Shown here in pieces: positions 47,402 to 56,812 of a stretch of DNA of 64,000 bases. Position 1 is the first letter of the stretch; each line of letters starts with the position of its first letter. The notes below the pieces were generated by a model that had not been told where the DNA came from, did not search any database, and saw only the letters and a list, made by a program, of their open reading frames with translations. Made by a program: the position numbers and the translations under genes. The stretch lies in the sequence record NC_071007.1; one strand, written 5' to 3'.

Positions 47402-48073
47402 CTAAATTCGGTTTATCATTAATGAATTTTTTAACTGATCGTTAACTTCAATGTAATCAGTTTTTATGACATCTTTAGCAGTAATGCTAAATTTTTCTTT
47501 GGCTACTTGATCGACAATGTCAAAACCATTGACAGTGACCTTTTCTCGATCAAGTGATGAAAAGTCTTTTGACACTTTAATTAAACCAAGAATAATTTCT
47601 TGATCCATTTTATCAAAGTTTAAACCGTCTTCATTAATCCAACTATAATAATAACCGTAGGTTAAATAATTGGATTTAAATGGTGAGTACTCTTCTGAAT
47701 CAAACAACATTTCTTTTGTTTTAATTCCCAGTTCAGTAATACTGTCAGCTCCCCCAGACATTGTGACGCCTGTAATAGAACACTCCACAGGGACGGCCTC
47801 GATAAAATCATCAAACTGGAAAAAGTGATAAATCATTAAACACCAATCTCTTGGTTCCCCAAAAAGAAAATCAACAATTAACCGTTTAGCTATAATTAAA
47901 TCTTCTCCCTTTAATTTCATATAAAGTTCTGAAAAATTGAAACTAGAAGGAAGTGTAAATTCATCGCCAATCATGTAATACTTTCCAACAACGGAATTGA
48001 CTACATATTTTATTCCGCTAATACGATCCCGTTTTTTATTTTGATTCTTTTTACGGACCTTGTTCCCAGCCAT
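47402..48073 (-). CDS. Hypothetical protein with basic N-terminus
   Basis: MAGNKVRKKNQNKKRDR; GAGG SD. Confidence 0.65.
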   Translation of the reverse strand: MAGNKVRKKNQNKKRDRISGIKYVVNSVVGKYYMIGDEFTLPSSFNFSELYMKLKGEDLIIAKRLIVDFLFGEPRDWCLMIYHFFQFDDFIEAVPVECSITGVTMSGGADSITELGIKTKEMLFDSEEYSPFKSNYLTYGYYYSWINEDGLNFDKMDQEIILGLIKVSKDFSSLDREKVTVNGFDIVDQVAKEKFSITAKDVIKTDYIEVNDQLKNSLMINRI

Positions 48074-48117
48074 GGTAATACCTCTAAATTGTAAAACGCA
48101 TTTATCTTATCATATTA

Positions 48118-48133
48118 ATAATATATGTTCTAT
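48118..48133 (-). promoter_or_regulatory. Possible early-type promoter variant
   Basis: Minus strand ATAGAACATATATTAT. Confidence 0.35.
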
Positions 48134-48166
48134 TTTTTATGGGAATAAATAAAACATAAACATAGT

Positions 48167-48194
48167 AGGTAGGGAAGGATATCCTTCCCTACCT
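48167..48194 (-). terminator. 28-bp perfect palindrome / terminator
   Basis: AGGTAGGGAAGGATATCCTTCCCTACCT. Confidence 0.8.
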
Positions 48195-48199
48195 GTTTA

Positions 48200-48970
48200 C
48201 TATGGATTAAGATAATCGTTAGTATCAATCACCGCATAACGTTTTGATTCTTTATTATAAAGAAGTGTTGAGTTAACTACGGGGATAATTGTTCTGGTAA
48301 AAAGATCTGTATTTTTATTTGAAATAAGATGAGTTTTACCATTGTTATCTTTGACTTTAAACTTCCAATTATCTTTGGTAAAAATAAAGCCATTGTTTTT
48401 ACCAGAAGGATTTTCTAAACATTGAATTGTTGTAACAAAATCATAGTTTAGATTAACCATGGCTAACCCTAAGATAGTTTCATTACTTAGTAGTTTTATA
48501 CAACAAGTAATAACACAATCATCATCATGATAGATTTCTTTAAACCAAGCATTCTTAGTTTGATCTTCTAAATCTTGTTCAATCTCTTTCAATACTTCTA
48601 GCCATTGATTTTCATCAATAACGTATTTTTCATTTGAAGGAAGATCGAGCAAAGGGGTAATTTCCAACCCCTTTAAAAAATCAAACAATTGGTCTTTTGC
48701 ACAACACTCATCATTATCATCGGAATAAAGAGTACCTGGACAAGGGCTTATTCGCATTTGAATAAAGGGCTGTTTAATTCCTTCTTTATTCTTAAAAGCG
48801 ACCTTTCCTTCGCCAGAGAGAGCCAAGTAAATAGTTCCGTTATTACGAAGCATCTTGGTCATTGTTTCTTCGAATAAACGAGTTCGCTTTTTGATAAGGT
48901 TAGTGGTTTCCTCATCCATTTTTATTTTACCCATAGTTAACCTTACTTTAGTGATTCCATCATCTCCCAC
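48200..48970 (-). CDS. Hypothetical protein
   Basis: 256-aa ORF. Confidence 0.6.
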   Translation of the reverse strand: MGDDGITKVRLTMGKIKMDEETTNLIKKRTRLFEETMTKMLRNNGTIYLALSGEGKVAFKNKEGIKQPFIQMRISPCPGTLYSDDNDECCAKDQLFDFLKGLEITPLLDLPSNEKYVIDENQWLEVLKEIEQDLEDQTKNAWFKEIYHDDDCVITCCIKLLSNETILGLAMVNLNYDFVTTIQCLENPSGKNNGFIFTKDNWKFKVKDNNGKTHLISNKNTDLFTRTIIPVVNSTLLYNKESKRYAVIDTNDYLNP

Positions 48971-50136
48971 AAATTCAAGCGGGATTCAATCTGCGCTTTA
49001 ATGTGGTCGTATTGCGACCAGATAGATTGATTAGTAAAAGTACTTGATGATAGATTCGGGGTATATTGATTATTAAACAAAGAGAAAATGAATTTTTGAA
49101 TATTGTTCTCCGGCACAATCGTCGGGACATTTGGTTGGTAAGAGAAACTTTCTGGAATCGGCTGAAAAGCAGGTTTGAAACGATCATCATTTTTCAAATC
49201 GGCTGCTGTTACAATACGATCTTTAACGTACATCCCAACGATTTCTGAGCGATGGTCGTTAGTGGTAACCAACATAAATTCATTGGAATCAATCCCTTGA
49301 ATAACACCATAATGAGATCGATGTTTAACAGTATAGACCCCTGGTGATCTGGCATTGATATTAAAATCCCAAATGCTTACATCATTAATGACAAACGAAA
49401 CGTCATCAATGGACCAATTTGAAAACCTGAATTTATTAAGATTTGATTTTGAAATAGTAATTCGGCTTTTCACGTTAATGCTAGATTCTTTACATTCATT
49501 TTCATTTATAAAAACGTGATTACCGACAATAGAACTACTAGAGATTGTAGAATTTTTAATACAACCCGAACTTGTTTCTAATTTGGAAGAATGAACACAG
49601 ACCTTACTAAGATCAAGTGAGTTTTCAATTTTACATAGACTATTATAAAAATTAACAAGATTGTTTATGTAAAGTGATCCACCTTCAATCATTCCGGCGT
49701 TTAAAATAAGTATGTTATTATTCCGATCTGCTAGATCAAGTTCAGAATCTGAATACGATGGTTCAATGGCTTTTAATTTTATTTTACTTCCCAAGGAAAT
49801 ATAGATTTTAACCTCATTAACTAATGCGTAAAACCATTTATTATTTTTTCTTGTACTTTGAAAAGCATCTTGATGAAATGCATTAAAATATCCTTTACTG
49901 CATGTTTCATTACGGGCATTAGAATAACGATTTCTTAGACTAGGAACGTTAAACGCTTCAATCTCTGTTAATTCAATTTGTTTTTCATTTATAAATACTG
50001 TTGGGATATCTTCGGGTTCTAATCTCGGCCAGGATACAGATTGATTCTTAATTTCAGAAAGATTTGTTGTTTGCTCAGTTGGTTCCATGGCTTTTTCAAT
50101 ACTATCAATCATCAGTGATTTTTTCTTACTGGTCAT
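48943..50136 (-). CDS. Hypothetical protein with Ser/Ile/Asn-rich beta-solenoid-like centre
   Basis: KNSTISSSSIVGN..KESSINVKSRITISKSNLN short-period repeats. Confidence 0.6.
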   Translation of the reverse strand: MTSKKKSLMIDSIEKAMEPTEQTTNLSEIKNQSVSWPRLEPEDIPTVFINEKQIELTEIEAFNVPSLRNRYSNARNETCSKGYFNAFHQDAFQSTRKNNKWFYALVNEVKIYISLGSKIKLKAIEPSYSDSELDLADRNNNILILNAGMIEGGSLYINNLVNFYNSLCKIENSLDLSKVCVHSSKLETSSGCIKNSTISSSSIVGNHVFINENECKESSINVKSRITISKSNLNKFRFSNWSIDDVSFVINDVSIWDFNINARSPGVYTVKHRSHYGVIQGIDSNEFMLVTTNDHRSEIVGMYVKDRIVTAADLKNDDRFKPAFQPIPESFSYQPNVPTIVPENNIQKFIFSLFNNQYTPNLSSSTFTNQSIWSQYDHIKAQIESRLNLWEMMESLK

Positions 50137-50163
50137 AACAATTTCCTTTTTTGAACAAAAATA

Positions 50164-50190
50164 AAAAGGAGGAAACTGTTTCCTCCTTTT
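50164..50190 (-). terminator. Hairpin terminator
   Basis: 13-bp arms AAAAGGAGGAAAC/GTTTCCTCCTTTT. Confidence 0.75.
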
Positions 50191-50286
50191 ACTACAAAAC
50201 GTTATTTGCTAAAGTACATTGGGATTATAAAACCGACTAATCCCCAAAATACAACAATTATCCCAATTGCTAGCAAACCTCGTTTT

Positions 50287-50619
50287 TTATTCTTTAATCC
50301 TACCACCTTTGTACTCCATATTGATTGGAGGAGAAAAATCGTAGATACAAAAATTTTCTACAACTCTTTCTCCAGTTTTAGGATCAGTTACTCTAGATGT
50401 CCAACCGTGTTCATCTCGACATTCCATCAAAAAGTTAGGGTAAACAAGCACATCCCGCTTACCCATTTCAACTAATCTTTTTGTTAGATCTGTCTGTTCT
50501 TTTGCAATGATAACCACATCGGTGATTATCCCAGGTAGAACTAAAACAAACGCAATTAAGAAAATCCAGGCTAACTCGGATTTGACTCGTTGTGTGATAT
50601 TATATTTATCTTCCATCAA
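50287..50619 (-). CDS. Single-TM membrane protein
   Basis: LAWIFLIAFVLVLPGIITDVVIIA followed by a domain with two Cys. Confidence 0.6.
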   Translation of the reverse strand: MMEDKYNITQRVKSELAWIFLIAFVLVLPGIITDVVIIAKEQTDLTKRLVEMGKRDVLVYPNFLMECRDEHGWTSRVTDPKTGERVVENFCIYDFSPPINMEYKGGRIKE

Positions 50620-50625
50620 TACACC

Positions 50626-50985
50626 TTAGTGATGTGTGTGACTCCTTTCCATGGCAGTCTTTTTGAACTGGTGTTTCTTTTGGAGCGAGGCTTCCATTTC
50701 CAAATAGCTTGGGAAGACAACGCTGACATTATGAATACCATTTGTACGTTCCAGAGTGACAGTAAAGTCGACTCCAAGACGATCACAAATGGTCAACAGA
50801 TGTTCAAAGGAAACTTGTTCTACCTTACCATTTTTAATAGCAAGAAGACCATGGTAAGAGGCGGTGGTATCATCAGCGATGTTTTTGACACTGCGTCCCT
50901 GGTTCATCAACAGATTGATGACATAACCAAGACGGATAACCAGAACTTTCTTTGCATTTTTTACAGTATTATGATTATAACGCAT
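50626..50985 (-). CDS. XRE/Cro-like helix-turn-helix transcriptional regulator
   Basis: SVKNIADDT..SYHGLLAIKNGK...SFEHLLTICDRLGV. Confidence 0.7.
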   Translation of the reverse strand: MRYNHNTVKNAKKVLVIRLGYVINLLMNQGRSVKNIADDTTASYHGLLAIKNGKVEQVSFEHLLTICDRLGVDFTVTLERTNGIHNVSVVFPSYLEMEASLQKKHQFKKTAMERSHTHH

Positions 50986-51026
50986 CGTTTTATTTTCCTA
51001 AATAAATAAAAGTGAAGGTCTTACAG

Positions 51027-51050
51027 TAGAAGAAACGATTTTCTTCTTAC
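51027..51050 (-). promoter_or_regulatory. 5' leader hairpin directly after promoter
   Basis: 10-bp stem GTAGAAGAAA/TTTCTTCTAC, no adjacent U-tract. Confidence 0.5.
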
Positions 51051-51056
51051 ACATCG

Positions 51057-51079
51057 ATAATATCTATCTGTAAAAATAT
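51057..51079 (-). promoter_or_regulatory. Early-type promoter, long variant
   Basis: ATAATATCTATCTGTAAAAATAT, near-identical to 13044-13066. Confidence 0.7.
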
Positions 51080-51180
51080 GGACATCAAATATCGGACAAA
51101 AGTTTAGCCAATTTCAATTTTCCTTTTATTATAATTACACATAAGTTAGCCACAGTTGTTATTAAAAACATAACAAAAAT

Positions 51181-51211
51181 AGAAACTAATCGGAGTATCC
51201 GATTAGTTTCT
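51181..51211 (-). terminator. Hairpin terminator
   Basis: 14-bp stem AGAAACTAATCGGA/TCCGATTAGTTTCT. Confidence 0.8.
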
Positions 51212-51222
51212 AAATGTATAGT

Positions 51223-52212
51223 TTATTTAACTGAGTAAAGGATCCAGTTTTCCAAAAACTTAACTAGTTCAAATAACACTTTTGAAATACTCGACTCCAT
51301 TGGTGAGAACAGTGTGTCATTAATGCGATGCCACTCTACAGCATCCCAAACCTTGGTAAGCGTTTCTTCGGGAACATTATCCCAGAAAGAACTATCCCAG
51401 AAATCACTGGTGTCCATTGTATCACTTGCAAAAATTTCCCAATCTGTTTCCATTTTAAATGTAAGCCCGCCCAGTTTTGCCATTAGCTGTGATACGTCCT
51501 TTACCATGTCTTTGGTCAAAACAGGAATAGAGGCAGGAACATAACCAGTTCCAACCAGTTCCAAATAGGCTTGTTTATCAAAATCACTAATCTCTGGTTT
51601 AATAGGGAGTGCTTTTTTGACTTCTTGAAGATACTTCTCGTCCCACTCTTTGGACTTATATTTGTTAAACAATGTAAGTCCCGTGCTCAACCGTTTTTCC
51701 ATGTCTTTCATGTTGGCATTAAAATCAGTTTCACACTGCTTAAAGATACCGTCGATAATTTTCTTTGCATCATCCAGAGTTTTGACATCTTTGAAAATAC
51801 TAGGAACTTGAAACTTAACATTCCCAATATTGATGAACGTTTGCTCATCTAGCCATTTGGTGCTTTCGTACACTTTGGCTGCTTTAGTTGCTTCGTATGC
51901 CGCAGTTTTTATCACCGCCAGACGCTGTTTGTTGGGTTTTGATTTAAGTGCCTCAGTAACTTGTTTAAATCCAGCTTTCAACTTTTCAACAAAACTCTCC
52001 ACACCCGCAATATCAGGAGAAACTTCTTCATTGTAAGTTTCTTTAATGTAGTCGGCAATTCGGGCCAAGCGTTGACCTTGCTCACTAAATGACTCACAAC
52101 CGCTGTATTGATCTTTATTATCAATAATACTCGTTTGGATTACTTCAATATCGATTTTTACTTTCAAATGAAAGTCTTTTAATTCAGTGGTAGAAAAATT
52201 ATCAAATTTCAT
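51223..52212 (-). CDS. Putative internal head protein with propeptide
   Basis: SGCESF and AGVESFVEKLK (S/A/G-x-E motifs) followed by amphipathic helix; likely start MKFDNF. Confidence 0.55.
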   Translation of the reverse strand: MKFDNFSTTELKDFHLKVKIDIEVIQTSIIDNKDQYSGCESFSEQGQRLARIADYIKETYNEEVSPDIAGVESFVEKLKAGFKQVTEALKSKPNKQRLAVIKTAAYEATKAAKVYESTKWLDEQTFINIGNVKFQVPSIFKDVKTLDDAKKIIDGIFKQCETDFNANMKDMEKRLSTGLTLFNKYKSKEWDEKYLQEVKKALPIKPEISDFDKQAYLELVGTGYVPASIPVLTKDMVKDVSQLMAKLGGLTFKMETDWEIFASDTMDTSDFWDSSFWDNVPEETLTKVWDAVEWHRINDTLFSPMESSISKVLFELVKFLENWILYSVK

Positions 52213-52264
52213 AATAAACTCTCCTAATAGTTCAAACAATTCTATTAAAAAAAAATAAAGAAGA

Positions 52265-52294
52265 GCTTAACAGAACCAGACGGTTCTGTTAAGC
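52265..52294 (-). terminator. Hairpin terminator
   Basis: 13-bp stem GCTTAACAGAACC/GGTTCTGTTAAGC. Confidence 0.8.
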
Positions 52295-52305
52295 AATTAT
52301 AGTAA

Positions 52306-52848
52306 TTATTTTTTATGGAATTTATTTTTCCAATTCCATTTTGGTTTTGTTGCAGTAGATTTTGGTATTTGGCTAGTAGGAATAAATCCAGCGTCTGTTT
52401 CTGTTGGACTTCTAGCAGCTTCACCGGCTAACCGGTCAGCAGCTTCATTTCCTGGGTCACCAGAATGACCCTTAACCTTTACAAATGTTACTTTATGGAA
52501 TTTTACCAGTTTAAAAAGTTGTTGAAACAAATCTTTGTTTTTAACAGGTTCACCGCTGGCAGTTTCCCAGTTATTTTTAATCCAACCATAAATCCATTTA
52601 GTAATTGCATTAATTACATATTCGGAATCTGTTCTAATAACAATCTCAACTGGTTCTTGAAATTGTTCTAGTGTTTTAATAACCGCCATTATTTCCATTC
52701 GGTTATTGGTTGTTTTAAAATAACCAACACCCCACTCAACAGGTGGTTCGTCTTTATAAATTAGCTGTATTCCATAACCGCCAGGACCTCCCTCTGGGTC
52801 TGCATTTTTAAGTGCAGACCCGTCAGTACTAGCTACCCAAGGAGCCAT
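52306..52848 (-). CDS. rnhA: Ribonuclease HI
   Basis: TDGS, TTNNRME, TDSEY, WIKNNW, VKGHSGDPGNEAADRLA; all catalytic residues present. Confidence 0.95.
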   Translation of the reverse strand: MAPWVASTDGSALKNADPEGGPGGYGIQLIYKDEPPVEWGVGYFKTTNNRMEIMAVIKTLEQFQEPVEIVIRTDSEYVINAITKWIYGWIKNNWETASGEPVKNKDLFQQLFKLVKFHKVTFVKVKGHSGDPGNEAADRLAGEAARSPTETDAGFIPTSQIPKSTATKPKWNWKNKFHKK

Positions 52849-52885
52849 GATGTTCTCCTACTATTGATCTCTTAGTATCATGGAA

Positions 52886-53533
52886 TTAGTTATAATTTAA
52901 CCGTATTTCTTTAACGTAGTTTTCCATGTTTTTTATTGAAGGAAGTTGGACATCTTTGTCCCAAGTCATCATAAACTCTAACATCCCTCCGCCTGTAACG
53001 TCCACACTAAATCCAGTTTCGCAGATATCAGTAATTGTGTAACTAATAAATGCTTTTGATTTACCGATCATGTAAGGAAATACACCAGAAAGATATTCGC
53101 GTTCTTCAGATACTGCCCGTATCCCTGCCATTAAAACATCATAGCAAAAATTATGATTAATGAGATGTTCATCAAGCACAATTCCTTTGAATTTAAACAG
53201 CTCATTTATCTTACGATTAGGAACTGATTTAGACAACATTTCTGTGAACAACAAAGAAAAAGTATTGACCGGGAATTTACTATGACTTTTATCAAAGGGA
53301 TTAATTACGCACCAAGTAACACCTTTATCGTCAGTATTAAAAATAAAGGTATCACGAACACTTAAATATTTGACAATGAACATTTTCTCTTTAATTTTAA
53401 TCCCTACTTCTTCGTCAGGGATGGTCATTAATTCCTTTAAGCCATCATGAAGAGAACACAACATTTCATGAAAGTCTTTAATTTTCAAATCTGGTTTTGC
53501 GTAGTTAATGATATCAATCAATCTGGCGTGCAT
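52886..53533 (-). CDS. Hypothetical protein
   Basis: 215-aa ORF with AAGGA SD. Confidence 0.6.
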   Translation of the reverse strand: MHARLIDIINYAKPDLKIKDFHEMLCSLHDGLKELMTIPDEEVGIKIKEKMFIVKYLSVRDTFIFNTDDKGVTWCVINPFDKSHSKFPVNTFSLLFTEMLSKSVPNRKINELFKFKGIVLDEHLINHNFCYDVLMAGIRAVSEEREYLSGVFPYMIGKSKAFISYTITDICETGFSVDVTGGGMLEFMMTWDKDVQLPSIKNMENYVKEIRLNYN

Positions 53534-53550
53534 AGTAAAATCCTTCTAAA

Positions 53551-53928
53551 TTAATGGATTGTGGTATTTTGACCAATTTCAACTTCTGATAAAAGTTGTG
53601 TCATTAATTGGATACTTTCATCATCCAGTTCATCGATTAGTTCAGGAGATTCTTTTAATTGCTTGTTGATAACTAACGCTGCCTTTACAGCAATTTCTTC
53701 TTGTGGCGGTGGATCAAATTCTTCTGGGTAAGTTCTTTGATTCCATTCTTCTGCCATTTCTTTTAACAGTAATGTTGAAAATGCAGTTGGAGATTCAACT
53801 AGTTGACAATAACCCCACTCGCCGGCTTTGGTTGAATATAGATATTTACCGTTTACGTAACGGTTTGTTCTAAACCAAAAGGCAGGGCTGGTGGGAATAA
53901 AGGGATTCTTTTTAGGGTCTCTCATCAT
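53551..53928 (-). CDS. Hypothetical protein with acidic helical C-terminus
   Basis: 125-aa ORF. Confidence 0.6.
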   Translation of the reverse strand: MMRDPKKNPFIPTSPAFWFRTNRYVNGKYLYSTKAGEWGYCQLVESPTAFSTLLLKEMAEEWNQRTYPEEFDPPPQEEIAVKAALVINKQLKESPELIDELDDESIQLMTQLLSEVEIGQNTTIH

Positions 53929-53934
53929 TCATCC

Positions 53935-54240
53935 TTAAAATAGATTTTGAGCACGTTGTTGAGCAGCTTGTTGGAGATCGTCATTACGACTAAATTTAAC
54001 AATCTCAGCTTCCTCGGCCGTACCGACTCGGATAAGTTCCATACCAGAGAAACAATTTTTAATAATGTCTTTAGAACGTGATAATTCACTTTCTGTGACA
54101 TAAGTGACAATACTAAAATTACTTATGTTCTCAATTGTCATAGAAGGTATAATTTTATTTAACTTTTTAGCAAAATCCATTGCTTGATGGATTTCAATAA
54201 AATCAAACCCAATAACTAATTTAGTAAATTTATGGTACAT
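53935..54240 (-). CDS. Hypothetical protein
   Basis: 101-aa ORF with AAGGA SD. Confidence 0.6.
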   Translation of the reverse strand: MYHKFTKLVIGFDFIEIHQAMDFAKKLNKIIPSMTIENISNFSIVTYVTESELSRSKDIIKNCFSGMELIRVGTAEEAEIVKFSRNDDLQQAAQQRAQNLF

Positions 54241-54286
54241 AACAATTCCTTAAAATAAGAGGGGATGTTTCTCCCCCCCCAAATGG

Positions 54287-56227
54287 TTATTTTTGAAGTA
54301 ACTTCACTAACATTTCATAACTTGTATTAGCGTTAATTTGAACAATACGAATTCCGTATTGTTCAGCCTTAATGACTTTGGCAGGAGACGGGTCCTTTCC
54401 AACAATCAATTGCGTAACGCTTTTAGTGACTTTATCAACCAACCCAAAACCTTCATTGAATAATTTCTTTTTCAACTCGTCTCTTGAAATGACCCAACTT
54501 CCTGTAATTGCAATTGGGAGCAAATCAGGGATTGTTTTGACTGGATTATCAAAGTTATGATGCATGAAAAATTGAGATAATGTTTCTTCATTCTCCCTTA
54601 CATACTTACTCATCACAATCCCATCAACACCAAACAGTTCCATCATGGTCGTTTGTGTTTTCAATACCTCTAACATCTCGGAAAGATCATTATAACGCTT
54701 TCCTTGTTCCTGTGCAAACTCCAGTGCTGCAACAGTACCCATGTTCGGAATGCAAGAAGCATAAAGCCAACGTTCCAATCCAAGCAAAGATGTTTCTGAT
54801 AGTTGTTCCAAAATGTTATCAACTTGGTTCTGATCAAAGACATCAAGATTTAAGAAATCTTCCCTGGATATTTGAAATAGATCACATGGAATTGAAAGAT
54901 AACCTGCATCAACCAGTGCTTCCAAACCTTTTGGTCCTAGACCTTTAATATTCAAACCTTGTGTATCAACAATACGAGAAAGTTGTTTTAAGAACTTTCC
55001 CATGCAGTTATCATTTATACAACGTCGAATACTCGGTGTCTCTACAATCAAGATAGAGTCACAGCAAGGACATTTTTCAGGGAATGCAATTTTCTTTCCT
55101 TTTCCTAGTTCTTTGATCCCAACCAGCTTAGGAATAATTTCATTTGCTTTTGTTACCTCAATCACTGAACCAATTCTAATCCCCGCTCTAATATACTCGT
55201 CAGGATAATCAAACTTGGCGCGTTGTAGCACAGTTCCGTCGTATTCAACTGGGTCGTAAATAATTACACCGGTAAGACAACCCTGTGTTGTTAAGTTCCA
55301 AATAACATCTCTTAGTTTGGTGACAAGAGCAATAGTCGGAAATTTATAACAAGCAGTGTAAGTATAATACCCTGTCATATGACTATCATTCCAATTCATG
55401 AGATCGTTATCTTTAACGACAATACCATCAATTGGATACCCGAAGTTTGGTTTGGATGTTACTTTAAACAAATCTTTTAATAAAAGACCGTCCAGTTGTT
55501 GTGGAACATCAAAACCCCAGTCTTCAAATTTATTTCTAAGAACAGTATATTCTTTACATTGTTCTCTTGTTCGCTTATCAGCATTAAACGCTCTGAAATA
55601 CATGGTTAGTGTATCGGTTTCATGATCTTTCAAACGTTTGATCATTCCGGATACAGTGGTTCTAGGTTCCGTTTCTGCGTAATCTTTGTCCCACTTTTCG
55701 CAATACTTTTCTAGGTCAGCAAACGTACAGAAAACTTCTCCGTCCACATGCATGTATTCAACATTAACCAGTTCAGCAATTTCGGTTGGAATATTTTTAA
55801 CCAGTTTTAATCGATGGGTAACATCAATTCCTTCCAAAGAGTTAGACCCTCTTAAATGTCCTTGGGAAAGAATACCGTGTTCATAAATAACCCTGAGACT
55901 GACACCGTCTAGTTTTTCCTCAAAAATTCCAATTGTTTCAATATTCTTTTTAATCCAGGCGTTAAAATCTTCTAGATTCTTTTTCTTTACAATAGAGATT
56001 AACGGTTCTTTAATTTTAATTAGTTTAAACCCAGTTGGGTTTTCAACAAACCCTGGAGTATGGCTAGGTTTGAATTCTGGATTTGCTTCTAAAATTTCAT
56101 GGTATTCCTGAACCATTCTATCATATTCAGCATCGGAAATAATTGGTTTATCTACAACTGTATAAAGATAATCATGGTATTTAATTTGTTTTTCTAATTC
56201 AACAAAATCAAGATATGTTTTTGACAT
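54287..56227 (-). CDS. ligA: NAD-dependent DNA ligase
   Basis: HDYLY...ISDAEYD (Ia), EEKLDG (motif I), CPCC..C Zn finger, BRCT; likely start MSKTY. Confidence 0.93.
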   Translation of the reverse strand: MSKTYLDFVELEKQIKYHDYLYTVVDKPIISDAEYDRMVQEYHEILEANPEFKPSHTPGFVENPTGFKLIKIKEPLISIVKKKNLEDFNAWIKKNIETIGIFEEKLDGVSLRVIYEHGILSQGHLRGSNSLEGIDVTHRLKLVKNIPTEIAELVNVEYMHVDGEVFCTFADLEKYCEKWDKDYAETEPRTTVSGMIKRLKDHETDTLTMYFRAFNADKRTREQCKEYTVLRNKFEDWGFDVPQQLDGLLLKDLFKVTSKPNFGYPIDGIVVKDNDLMNWNDSHMTGYYTYTACYKFPTIALVTKLRDVIWNLTTQGCLTGVIIYDPVEYDGTVLQRAKFDYPDEYIRAGIRIGSVIEVTKANEIIPKLVGIKELGKGKKIAFPEKCPCCDSILIVETPSIRRCINDNCMGKFLKQLSRIVDTQGLNIKGLGPKGLEALVDAGYLSIPCDLFQISREDFLNLDVFDQNQVDNILEQLSETSLLGLERWLYASCIPNMGTVAALEFAQEQGKRYNDLSEMLEVLKTQTTMMELFGVDGIVMSKYVRENEETLSQFFMHHNFDNPVKTIPDLLPIAITGSWVISRDELKKKLFNEGFGLVDKVTKSVTQLIVGKDPSPAKVIKAEQYGIRIVQINANTSYEMLVKLLQK

Positions 56228-56231
56228 ATAA

Positions 56232-56405
56232 CTACCCTTCTTTAATTTCACAAACTTGTTTAATTAATCGCTCAATTTTATCTTGGCGATGTTTGTGTCC
56301 ACTTAGCGGGATACTAATATTTTTACTATCAATAGTAATAATGCTAAATTTCTCAAAATTTAATACAATTTCTTCCACTTGATAGGTGGGTATGTTTTTA
56401 TTCAT
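56232..56405 (-). CDS. 57-aa hypothetical protein (below ORF-track cutoff)
   Basis: MNKNIPTYQVEEIVLNFEKFSIITIDSKNISIPLSGHKHRQDKIERLIKQVCEIKEG fills the gap upstream of ligase. Confidence 0.55.
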   Translation of the reverse strand: MNKNIPTYQVEEIVLNFEKFSIITIDSKNISIPLSGHKHRQDKIERLIKQVCEIKEG

Positions 56406-56443
56406 TTTTTACATCCCTGCTTCTAAAATGTAACAAAAATAGT

Positions 56444-56473
56444 AACTCAGAGCAACCGTAGCTGCTCTGAGTT
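56444..56473 (-). terminator. Hairpin terminator
   Basis: 11-bp stem AACTCAGAGCA/TGCTCTGAGTT. Confidence 0.7.
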
Positions 56474-56486
56474 TAAATAATAGATG

Positions 56487-56750
56487 TCATAGACTGTTAA
56501 CAATGTTTACTAATGATTGTAAAACTGCGGGATCTTCATATGCTGGCGTAAACCCAATGACGATATTACTTTCTGCTGCAAAATGTAAAAATCCTTGTAC
56601 GGAACCGGCCCAACTGACAGTACCTGTACGACCAGTAAGAGGATCTTCCATAATAGTAATACTAACGTCAATAGGAGTTCCGAGCATTCCAGAATTGACA
56701 TGATGAAGAATACGATTTTGATCAAATACACAGGGAAGTTGTGAAAGCAT
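56487..56750 (+). other. Placeholder: plus strand here is antisense shadow only
   Basis: The coding ORF lies on the minus strand (next entry). Confidence 0.05.
56487..56750 (-). CDS. Hypothetical protein
   Basis: 87-aa ORF with AAGGA SD, followed by terminator. Confidence 0.6.
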   Translation of the reverse strand: MLSQLPCVFDQNRILHHVNSGMLGTPIDVSITIMEDPLTGRTGTVSWAGSVQGFLHFAAESNIVIGFTPAYEDPAVLQSLVNIVNSL

Positions 56751-56812
56751 CTTTAAAATCCTTGAAAATAAAAATTATTATTGTTTCACAACATCCCATT
56801 GCTGGTAATACA

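Noticed and set aside
56487-56750. A plus-strand feature at this locus
   Set aside because: Unsupported; only the minus-strand ORF is credible, so disregard the placeholder entry in the feature list
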